Positions 1 through 10,449 of a DNA stretch of 64,000 nt are shown here, piece after piece (the stretch's first letter is position 1; every line of letters begins with the position of its first letter). The notes under the pieces are model-generated. The model saw only the letters and a program-made list of their open reading frames with translations. It was not told the DNA's origin and made no database searches. Origin of the DNA: Eledone cirrhosa (taxonomy: Eukaryota). The position numbers and the translations under genes are program-made. The DNA lies in the NCBI GenBank assembly GCA_964016885.1, contig OZ024742.1, forward strand, positions 166,098,001 to 166,162,000. The letters run 5' to 3'.

Positions 1-294
1 GGGGCTATAATTTCCAGCGTCCAAGGGGAGATAATTTCCAGCCACCGAAGGGGAGATAATTTTTTTTTTTTTAAATCAGGGGGACATAATTTGTAAAAAA
101 AAATCAGGGGGAGATAATTTGTAAAAAAAATCTAGGGGAGATAATTTGTAAAAAAAAATCAGGGTGAGATAATTTGTAAAAAAAAATCAGGGGGAGATAA
201 TTTGTAAAAAAAATTAAGGGGAGATAATTTGTAAAAAAAATCAAGGGGAGATAATTTCCAGCCGTCCAAGGAGAGGTAATTTCTAGACGTCCAA

Positions 295-319
295 GGGGAG
301 ATAATTTCCAGCCGTCCAA
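295..319 (+). repeat. Representative type A monomer GGGGAGATAATTTCCAGCCGTCCAA (25 bp)
   Basis: Read directly. Many exact copies occur throughout, in runs of about 1-11. It has 13/25 G+C, one CpG, and CCAAGG across the monomer junction. Confidence 0.98.
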
Positions 320-494
320 GGGGAGATAATTTCCAGCCGTCCAAGGGTAGATAATATCCAGCCGTCCAAGGAGGCATATTTTCCAGCTTTCCAAGGAGAG
401 GTAATTTCTAGCCGTCCAAGGGGAGATAAATTCCAGCCTCCAAGGGGAGATAATTTCCAGCCAGCCAAGGGGAGATAATTTGTAAAAAAAATCA

Positions 495-521
495 GGGGGA
501 GATAATTTGTAAAAAAAATCA
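495..521 (+). repeat. Representative type B monomer GGGGGAGATAATTTGTAAAAAAAATCA (27 bp with A8; A7-A10 variants give 26-29 bp)
   Basis: Read directly. It occurs in runs of about 1-13 (13 in a row at ~52250-52610). It has 8/27 G+C and 20/27 purines on the + strand. Confidence 0.98.
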
Positions 522-548
522 GGGGGAGATAATTTGTAAAAAAAATCA

Positions 549-966
549 GGGGGAGATAATTTCCAGCCGTCCAAGGGGAGATAATTTTCAGCCGTCCAAG
601 GGGAGATAATTTCCCGCCAGCCAAGGGAAGATAATATTTAAAAAATGAGGCGGAGATAATTTGTAAAAAAAATCAGGTGGAGATAATTTGTAAAAAAATC
701 AGGGGGAGATAATTTGTAAAAAAAAAATCAGGGGGAGATAATTTGTAAAAAAAATCAGGGGGAGATAATTTCCAGCCGTCCAAGGGGAGATAATTTTCAG
801 CCGTCCAAGGGGAGATAATTTCCCGCCAGCCAAGGGAAGATAATATTTAAAAAATGAGGCGGAGATAATTTGTAAAAAAAATCAGGTGGAGATAATTTGT
901 AAAAAAATCAGGGGGAGATAATTTGTAAAAAAAAAATCAGGGGGAGATAATTTGTAAAAAAAATCA
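549..966 (+). repeat. Local 209-bp (8-monomer) tandem duplication, 549-757 / 758-966
   Basis: Rare variants TGAGGCGG (646, 855) and CAGGTGGAG (674, 883) both recur at offset 209. The homologous region at ~11535-11750 has only one copy. Confidence 0.9.
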
Positions 967-1525
967 GGGGGAGATAATTTGTAAAAAAAAATCAGGTGTA
1001 GATAATTTGTAAAAAAAAATCAGGGGGAGATAATTTGTAAAAAAAATCAGGGGGAGATAATTTATAAAAAAAATCAAGGGGAGATAATTTCCAGCCGTCC
1101 AAGGGAAGATAATTTCAAGCCCTCCAAGGGGCTATAATTTCCAGTGTCCAAGGGGAGATAATTTCCAGCCAGCGAAGGGGAGATAATTTTTTTTTTTAAA
1201 TCAGGGGGAGATTTGTAAAAAAAATCAGGGGGAGATAATTTGTAAAAAAAATCAAAGGGAGATAATTTCCAGCCGTCCAAAGAGATAATTTCTAGCCGTC
1301 CAAGGGGAGATAATTTCGAGCCAAGGGGAGATAATTTCCAGCCGTCCAAGGGGAGATAATTTCCATCCTTCCAAGGGGAGATAATTTCCAGCCGTCCAAG
1401 GGGAGATAATTTCCCGCCAGCCAAGGGAAGATAATTTTTTAAAAAATCAGGCGGAGATTGTAAAAAAAATCAGGGGGAGATAATTTGTAAAAAAATCAGG
1501 GGGAGATAATTTGTAAAAAAATCAA

Positions 1526-1749
1526 GGGGAGATAATTTCCAGCTGTCCAAGGGGAGGTAATATCTAGCCGTCCAAGGGGAGATAATTTCCAGCCGTCCAA
1601 GGGGAGATAATTTCCAGCCGTCCAAGGGTAGATAATATCCAGCCGTCCAAGGAGACATATTTTCCAGCCGTCCAAGGAGAGGTAATTTCTAGCCGTCCAA
1701 GTGGAGATAAATTCCAGCCTCCAAGGGGAGATAATTTCCAGCCAGCCAA
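1526..1749 (+). repeat. Representative 9-monomer A cassette (224 bp) with a fixed order of variants
   Basis: Order: A, GGGGAGGTAATATCTAG.., A, A, GGGTAGATAATATCC.., GGAGACATATTTTCC.. (or GTAGACAT..), GGAGAGGTAATTTCTAG.., 24-bp ..ATAAATTCCAGCCTCCAA, terminal ..CCAGCCAGCCAA. Its 3' part recurs roughly 50 times by manual count (e.g. near 426, 3011, 4882, 13890, 28589, 47135, 63303). Confidence 0.93.
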
Positions 1750-2651
1750 GGGGAGATAATTTGTAAAAAAATCAGGGGGAGATAATTTGTAAAAAAAATC
1801 AGGGGGAGATAATTTGTAAAAAAAAATCAGGGGGAGATAATTTGTAAAAAAAATCAGGGGGAGATAATTTGTAAAAAAAATCAAGGGGAGATAATTTCCA
1901 ACCGTCCAAGGGGAGATAATTTTCAGCCGTCCAAGGGGAGATAATTTCCCGCCAGCCAAGGGAAGATAATATTTAAAAAATGAGGCGGAGATAATTTGTA
2001 AAAAAAAATCAGGGGTAGATAATTTGTAAAAAAAATCAGGGGGAGATAATTTGTAAAAAAAATCAAGGGGAGATAATTTCCAGCCGTCCAAGGAGAGATA
2101 ATTTTAAAAAAAAATCAGGCGGAGATAATTTGTAAAAAAAAATCAGGGGGAGATAATTTGTAAAAAAAAATCAGGGGGAGATAATTTGTAAAAAAAATCA
2201 AGGGGAGATAATTTCCAGCCGTCCAAGGGGAGATAATTTTCAGCCGTCCAAGGGGAGATAATTTCCAGCCGTCCAAGGGGAGATAATTTAAAAAAAAAAT
2301 CAGGGGTAGATAATTTGTAAAAAAAAATCAGGGGGAGATAATTTGTAAAAAAAAATCAGGGGGAGATAATTTGTAAAAAAAATCAAGGGGAGATAATTTG
2401 CAACCGTCCAAGGGGACATAATTTTCAGTCGTCCAAGGAGAGGTAATTTCTAGCCGTACAAGGGGAGATAATTTCCAGCCGTCCAAGGGGAGATAATTTC
2501 CAGCCGTCCAAGGGGAGATAATTTTTTTTAAAAAATCAGGCGGAGATAATTTGTAAAAAAAAAATCAGGGGGAGATAATTTGTAAAAAAAAATCAGGGGG
2601 AGATAATTTGTAAAAAAAAATCAGGGGGAGATAATTTGTAAAAAAAATCAA

Positions 2652-2750
2652 GGGGAGATAATTTCCAGCCGTCCAAGGGAAGATAATTTCCAGCCCTCCA
2701 AGGGGCTATAATTTCCAGCGTCCAAGGGGAGATAATTTCCAGCCAGCGAA
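2652..2750 (+). repeat. Representative 4-monomer A cassette (99 bp)
   Basis: Order: A, GGGAAGATAATTTCCAGCCCTCCAA, 24-bp GGGGCTATAATTTCCAGCGTCCAA, GGGGAGATAATTTCCAGCCAGCGAA, then a T-tract/A-tract bridge monomer. It recurs at e.g. ~1080, 5805, 7780, 9720, 13530, 19505, 28115, 45970, 62825. Confidence 0.92.
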
Positions 2751-5700
2751 GGGGAGATAATTGTTTTAAAAAAATCATTGGGAGATTTGTAAAAAAAATC
2801 AGGGGGAGATAATTAATAAAAAAAATCAAGGGGAGATAATTTCCAGCCGTCCAAGGGGAGGTAATATCTAGCCGTCCAAGGGGAGATAATTTCCAGCCGT
2901 CCAAGGGGAGATAATTTCCAGCCGTCCAAGGGTAGATAATATCCAGCCGTCCAAGGAGACATATTTTCCAGCCGTCCAAGGAGAGGTAATTTCTAGCCGT
3001 CCAAGGGGAGATAAATTCCAGCCTCCAAGGGGAGATAATTTCCAGCCAGCCAAGGGGAGATAATTTGTAAAAAAATCAGGGGGAGATAATTTGTAAAAAA
3101 AATCAGGGGTAGATAATTTGTAAAAAAAAATCAGGGGGAGATAATTTGTAAAAAAAATCAAGGGGAGATAATTTCCAGCCGTCCAAGGAGAGATAATTTA
3201 AAAAAAAAATCAGGCGGAGATAATTTGTAAAAAAAAATCAGGGGGAGATAATTTGTAAAAAAAAATCAGGGGGAGATAATTTGTAAAAAAAATCAAGGGG
3301 AGATAATTTCCAGCCGTCCAAGGGGAGATAATTTCCAGCCGTCCAAGGGGAGATAATTTTTTTAAAAAAATCAGGCGGAGATAATTTGTAAAAAAAATCA
3401 GGGGGAGATAATTTGTAAAAAAAAATCAGGGGGAGATAATTTGTAAAAAAAAATCAGGGGGAGATAATTTCCAGCCGTCCAAGGTAAGATAATTTCCAGC
3501 CCTCCAAGGGGCTATAATTTCCAGCATCCAAGGGGAGATAATTTCCAGCCGTCCAAGGGTAGATAATATCCAGCCGTCCAAGTAGACATATTTTCCAGCC
3601 GTCCAAGGAGAGGTAATTTCTAGCCGTCCAAGGGGAGATAAATTCCAGCCTCCAAGGGGAGATAATTTCCAGCCAGCCAAGGGGAGATAATTTGTAAAAA
3701 AATCAGGGGGAGATAATTTGTAAAAAAAAATCAGGGGGAGATAATTTCCAGCCGTCCAAGGGGAGATAATTTTCAGCCGTCCAAGGGTAGATAATATCCA
3801 GCCGTCCAAGTAGACATTTTCCAGCCGTCCAAGGAGAGGTAATTTCTAGCCGTCCAAGGGGAGATAAATTCCAGCCTCCAAGGGGAGATAATTTCCAGCC
3901 AGCCAAGGGGAGATAATTTGTAAAAAAATCAGAGGGAGATAATTTGTAAAAAAAATCAGGGGGAGATAATTTGTAAAAAAAAATCAGGGGGAGATAATTT
4001 GTAAAAAAAAATCAGGGGGAGATAATTTGTAAAAAAAAATCAGGGGGAGATAATTTGTAAAAAAAATCAAGGAGAGATAATTTCCAGCCGTCCAAGGGGA
4101 GATAATTTTCAGCCGTCGAAGGGGAGATAATTTCCAGCCGTCCAAGGGGAGATAATTTCCATCCTTCCAAGGGGAGATAATTTCCAGCCGTCCAAGGGGA
4201 GATAATTTTCAGCCGTCCAAGGGGAGATAATTTCCCGCCAGCCAAGGGAAGATAATATTTTAAAAAATCAGGCGGAGATAATTTGTAAAAAAAATCAGGG
4301 GGAGATAATTTGTAAAAAAATCAGGGGGAGATAATTTGTAAAAAAAAAATCAGGGGAAGATAATTTGTAAAAAAAATCAGGGGGAGATAATTTGTAAAAA
4401 AAAATCAGGGGTAGATAATTTGTAAAAAAAAATCAGGGGGAGATAATTTGTAAAAAAAAATCAGGGGGAGATAATTTGTAAAAAAAATCAGGGGGAGATA
4501 ATTTGTAAAAAAAAATCAGGGGGAGATAATTTCCGGCCGTCCAAGGGGAGATAATTTTCAGCCGTCCAAGGGGAGATAATTTCCCGCCAGCCAAGGGAAG
4601 ATAATATTTAAAAAAATCAGGCGGAGATAATTTGTAAAAAAAATCAGGGGGAGATAATTTGTAAAAAAATCAGGGGGAGATAATTTGTAAAAAAAATCAA
4701 GGGGAGATAATTTCCAGCCGTCCAAGGGGAGGTAATATCTAACCGTCCAAGGGGAGATAATTTCCAGCCGTCCAAGAGGAGATAATTTCCAGCCGTCCAA
4801 GGGTAGATAATATCCAGCCGTCCAAGGAGACATATTTTCCAGCCGTCCAAGGAGAGGTAATTTCTAGCCGTCCAAAGGGAGATAAATTCCAGCCTCCAAG
4901 GGGAGATAATTTCCAGCCAGCCAAGGGGAGATAATTTGTAAAAAAAATCAGGGGGAGATAATTTGTAAAAAAAATCAGGGGGAGATAATTTGTAAAAAAA
5001 ATCAGGGGGAGATAATTTGTAAAAAAAAAATCAGGGGGAGATAATTTGTAAAAAAAATCAGGGGGAGATGATTTGTAAAAAAAAATCAGGGGTAGATAAT
5101 TTGTAAAAAAAAATCAGGGGGAGATAATTTGTAAAAAAAAATCAGGGGGAGATAATTTGTAAAAAAAATCAAGGGGAGATAATTTCCAGCCGTCGAAGGG
5201 AAGATAATTTCCAGCCCTCCAAGGGGCTATAATTTCCAGCGTCCAAGGGGAGATAATTTCCAGCCGTCCAAGGGGAGATAATTTTCAGCCGTCCAAGGGG
5301 AGATAATTTCCAGCCGTCCAAGGGGAGATAATTTCCATCCTTCCAAGGGGAGATAATTTCCAGCCGTCCAAGGGGAGATAATTTTCAGCCGTCCAAGGGG
5401 AGATAATTTCCCGCCAGCCAAGGGAAGATAATATTTTAAAAAATCAGGCGGAGATAATTTGTAAAAAAAATCAGGGGGAGATAATTTGTAAAAAAATCAG
5501 GGGGAGATAATTTGTAAAAAAAAAATCAGGGGGAGATAATTTGTAAAAAAAATCAGGGGGAGATAATTTGTAAAAAAAAATCAGGGGTAGATAATTTGTA
5601 AAAAAAAATCAGGGGGAGATAATTTGTAAAAAAAAAATCAGGGGGAGGTAATTTGTAAAAAAAATCAAGGGGAGATAATTTCCAGCCGTCCAAGGAGAGA

Positions 5701-8700
5701 TAATTTTTAAAAAAAATCAGGCGGAGATAATTTGTAAAAAAAAATCAAGGGGAGATAATTTGTAAAAAAAAATCAAGGGGAGATAATTTGTAAAAAAAAT
5801 CAAGGGGAGATAATTTCCAGCCGTCCAAGGGAAGATAATTTCCAGCACTCCAAGGGGCTATAATTTCCAGTGTCCAAGGGGAGATAATTTCCAGCCAGCG
5901 AAGGGGAGATAATTTTTTTAAAAAAATCAGGGGGAGATATGTAAAAAAAATCAGAGGGAGATAATTTCTAAAAAAAATCAAAGGGAGATAATTTCCAGCC
6001 GTCCAAAGAGAGATAATTTCTAGCCGTCCAAGGGGAGATAATTTCCAGCCAAGGGGAGATAATTTCCAGCCGTCCAAGGGGAGATAATTATTTAAAAAAT
6101 CAGGTGGAGATAATTTGTAAAAAAAAAATCAAGGGCAGATAATTTCCAGCTGTCCAAGGGGAGATAATTTCCATCCTTCCAAGGGGATATAATGTCCAGC
6201 CGTCCAAGGGGAGATAATTTCCCGCCAGCCATGGGAAGATAATTTTTAAAAAAATCAGGCGGAGACTGGAAAAAAATCAGGGGGAGATAATTTGTAAAAA
6301 AAAAATCAGGGGGAGATAATTTGTAAAAAAAATCAGGGGTAGATAATTTGTAAAAAAAAATCAGGGGGAGATAATTTGTAAAAAAAAATCAGGGGGAGAT
6401 AATTTCTAAAAAAATCAAGGGGAGATAATATGCAGCCGTCCAAGGGGAGATAATTTTCAGCCGTCCAAGGAGAGGTAATTTCTAGCCGTCCAAGGGGAGA
6501 TAATTTCCAGCCGTCCAAGGGGAGATAATTTCCAGCCGTCCAAGGGGAGATAGTTTTTTTTTAAAAATCAGGCGGAGATAATTTGTAAAAAAAAAATCAG
6601 GGGGAGATAATTTGTAAAAAAAAATCAGGGGGAGATAATTTGTAAAAAAAAATCAGGGGGAGATAATTTGTAAAAAAAATCAGGGGGAGATAATTAGTAA
6701 AAAAAATCAAGGGGAGATAATTTCCAGCCGTCCAAGGGGAGGTAATATCTAGCCGTCCAAGGGGAGATAATTTCCAGCCGTCCAAGGGGAGATAATTTCC
6801 AGCCGTCCAAGGGTAGATAATATCCAGCCGTCCAAGTAGATATATTTTCCAGCCGTCCAAGGAGAGGTAATTTCTAGCCGTCCAAGGGGAGATAAATTCC
6901 AGCCTCCAAGGGGAGATAATTTCCAGCCAGCCAAGGGGAGATAATTTGTAAAAAAATCAGGGGGAGATAATTTGTAAAAAAAATCAGGGGGAGATAATTT
7001 GTAAAAAAAAATCAGGGGGAGATAATTTGTAAAAAAAAATCAGGGGGAGATAATTTGTAAAAAAAAATCAGGGGGAGATAATTTGTAAAAAAAATCAAGG
7101 GGAGATAATTTCCAGCCGTCCAAGGGGAGATAATTTCCAGCCGTCCAAGGGGAGGTAATATCTAGCCGTCCAAGGGGAGATAATTTCCAGCCGTCCAAGA
7201 GGAGATAATTTCCAGCCGTCCAAGGGTAGATAATATCCAGCCGTCCAAGGAGACATATTTTCCAGCCGTCCAAGGAGAGGTAATTTCTAGCCGTCCAAGG
7301 GGAGATAAATTCCAGCCTCCAAGGGGAGATAATTTGTAAAAAAAATCAGGGGGAGATAATTTGTAAAAAAAATCAGGGGGAGATAATTTGTAAAAAAAAA
7401 TCAGGGGGAGATAATTTGTAAAAAAAATCAGGGGGAGATAATTTGTAAAAACAAATCAAGGGGAGATAATTTCCAGCCGTCCAAGGGGAGATAATTTTCA
7501 GCCGCCCAAGGGGAGATAATTTCCCGCCAGCCAAGGGAAGATAATATTTAAAAAATCAGGCGGAGATAATTTGTAAAAAAAATCAGGGGGAGATAATTTG
7601 TAAAAAAATCAGGGGGAGATAATTTGTAAAAAAAAAATCAGGGGGAGATAATTTGTAAAAAAAATCAGGGGGAGATGATTTGTAAAAAAAATCAGAGGTA
7701 GATAATTTGTAAAAAAAAATCAGGGGGAGATAATTTGTAAAAAAAAACAGGGGGAGATAATTTGTAAAAAAAATCAAGAGGAGATAATTTCCAGCCGTCG
7801 AAGGGAAGATAATTTCCAGCCCTCCAAGGGGCTATAATTTCCAGCGTCCAAGGGGAGATAATTTCCAGCCAGCGAAGGGGAGATAATTTTTTTAAAAAAA
7901 TCATTGGGAGATTTGTAAAAAAAATCAGGGGGAGATAATTTGTAAAAAAAAATCAAGGGGAGATAATTTCCAGCCGTCCAAGGGGAGGTAATATCTAGCC
8001 GTCCAAGGGGAGATAATTTCCAGCCGTCCAAGGGGAGATAATTTCCAGCCGTCCAAGGGTAGATAATATCCAGCCGTCCAAGTAGACATTTTCCAGCCGT
8101 CCAAGGAGAGGTAATTTCTAGCCGTCCAAGGGGAGATAAATTCCAGCCTCCAAGGGGAGATAATTTCCAGCCAGCCAAGGGGAGATAATTTGTAAAAAAA
8201 TCAGGGGGAGATAATTTGTAAAAAAAAATCAGGGGGAGATAATTTGTAAAAAAAAATCAGGGGGAGATAATTTGTAAAAAAAATCAAGGGGAGATAATTT
8301 CCAGCCGTCCAAGGGGAGATAATTTCCAGCCGTGCAAGGGGAGATAATTTCCAGCCGTCCAAGGGGAGATAATTTCCATCCTTCCAAGGGGAGATAATCT
8401 CCAGCCGTCCAAGGGGAGATAATTTCCCGCCAGCCAAGGGAAGATAATTTTTAAAAAAATCAGGCGGAGATTGTAAAAAAAATCAGGGGGAGATAATTTG
8501 TAAAAAAATCAGGGGGAGATAATTTGTAAAAAAAAAATCAGGGGAGATAATTTGTAAAAAAAAATCAGGGGGAGATAATTTGTAAAAAAAAAATCAGGGG
8601 GAGATAATTTGTAAAAAAAATCAGGGGTAGATAATTTGTAAAAAAAAATCAGTGGGAGATAATTTGTAAAAAAAAATCAGTGGGAGATAATTTGTAAAAA

Positions 8701-10449
8701 AATCAAGGGGAGATAATATGCAGCCGTCCAAGGGGAGATAATTTTCAGCCGTCCAAGGAGAGTTAATTTCTAGCCGTCCAAGGGGAGATAATTTCCAGCC
8801 GTCCAAGGGGAGATAATTTCCAGCCGTCCAAGGGGAGATAGTTTTTTTAAAAAATCAGGCGGAGATAATTTGTAAAAAAAAAATCAGGGGGAGATAATTT
8901 GTAAAAAAAAATCAGGGGGAGATAATTTGTAAAAAAAAATCAAGGGGAGATAATTTGTAGAAAAAATCAGGGGGAGATAATTAGTAAAAAAATCAAGGGG
9001 AGATAATTTCCAGCCGTCCAAGGGGAGGTAATATCTAGCCGTCCAAGGGGAGATAATTTCCAGCCGTCCAAGGGGAGATAATTTCCAGCCGTCCAAGGGT
9101 AGATAATATCCAGCCGTCCAAGTAGACATATTATCCAGCCGTCCAAGGAGAGGTAATTTCTAGCCGTCCAAGGGGAGATAAATTCCAGCCTCCAAGGGGA
9201 GATAATTTCCAGCCAGCCAAGGGGAGATAATTTGTAAAAAAAATCAGGGGGAGATAATTTGTAAAAAAAATCAGGGGGAGATAATTTGTAAAAAAAAATC
9301 AGGGGGAGATAATTTGTAAAAAAAATCAGGGGGAGATAATTTGTAAAAAAAAATCAGGGGGAGATAATTTGTAAAAAAAAATCAGGGGGAGATAATTTGT
9401 AAAAAAAAATCAGGGGGAGATAATTTGTAAAAAAAATCAAGGGGAGATAATTTCCAGCCGTCCAAGGGGAGATAATTTCCAGCCGTCCAAGGGGAGGTAA
9501 TATCTAGCCGTCCAAGGGGAGATAATTTCCAGCCGTCCAAGAGGAGATAATTTCCAGCCGTCCAAGGGAAGATAATTTCAAGCCCTCCAAGGGGCTATAA
9601 TTTCCAGTGTCCAAGGGGAGATAATTTCCAGCCAGCGAAGGGGAGATAATTTTTTTTTAAAAATCAGGGGGAGATTTGTAAAAAAAATCAGGGGGAGATA
9701 ATTTGTAAAAAAAATCAAGGGGAGATAATTTCCAGCCGTCGAAGGGAAGATAATTTCCAGCCCTCCAAGGGGCTATAATTTCCAGCGTCCAAGGGGAGAT
9801 AATTTCCAGCCAGCGAAGGGGAGATAATTTTTTTAAAAAAATCATTGGGAGATTTGTAAAAAAAATCAGGGAGAGATAATTTGTAAAAAAAATCAAGGGG
9901 AGATAATTTCCAGCCGTCCAAGGGGAGGTAATATCTAGCCGTCCAAGGGGAGATAATTTCCAGCCGTCCAAGGGGAGATAATTTCCAGCCGTCCAAGGGT
10001 AGATAATATCCAGCCGTCCAAGTAGACATTTTCCAGCCGTCCAAGGAGAGGTAATTTCTAGCCGTCCAAGGGGAGATAAATTCCAGCCTCCAAGGGGAGA
10101 TAATTTCCAGCCAGCCAAGGGGAGATAATTTGTAAAAAAATCAGGGGGAGATAATTTGTAAAAAAAATCAGGGGGAGATAATTTGTAAAAAAAAATCAGG
10201 GGGAGATAATTTGTAAAAAAAAATCAGGGGGAGATAATTTGTAAAAAAAAATCAGGGGGAGATAATTTGTAAAAAAAATCAAGGGGAGATAATTTCCAGC
10301 CGTCCAAGGGGAGATAATTTTCAGCCGTCCAAGGGGAGATAATTTCCAGCCGTCCAAGGGGAGATAATTTCCATCCTTCCAAGGGGAGATAATTTCCAGC
10401 CGTCCAAGGGGACATAATTTCCCGCCAACCAAGGGAAGATAATTTTTAA

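Noticed and set aside
56-80. Rho-independent terminators at the T-tracts
   Set aside because: There is no GC-rich stem immediately upstream and no gene. The T-tracts are part of the recurring bridge monomer.
295-309. NF-kB/Rel site (GGGG...TTTCC)
   Set aside because: The half-sites span 13-15 bp, whereas kB sites are 9-11 bp (GGGRNWYYCC). The spacing does not fit.
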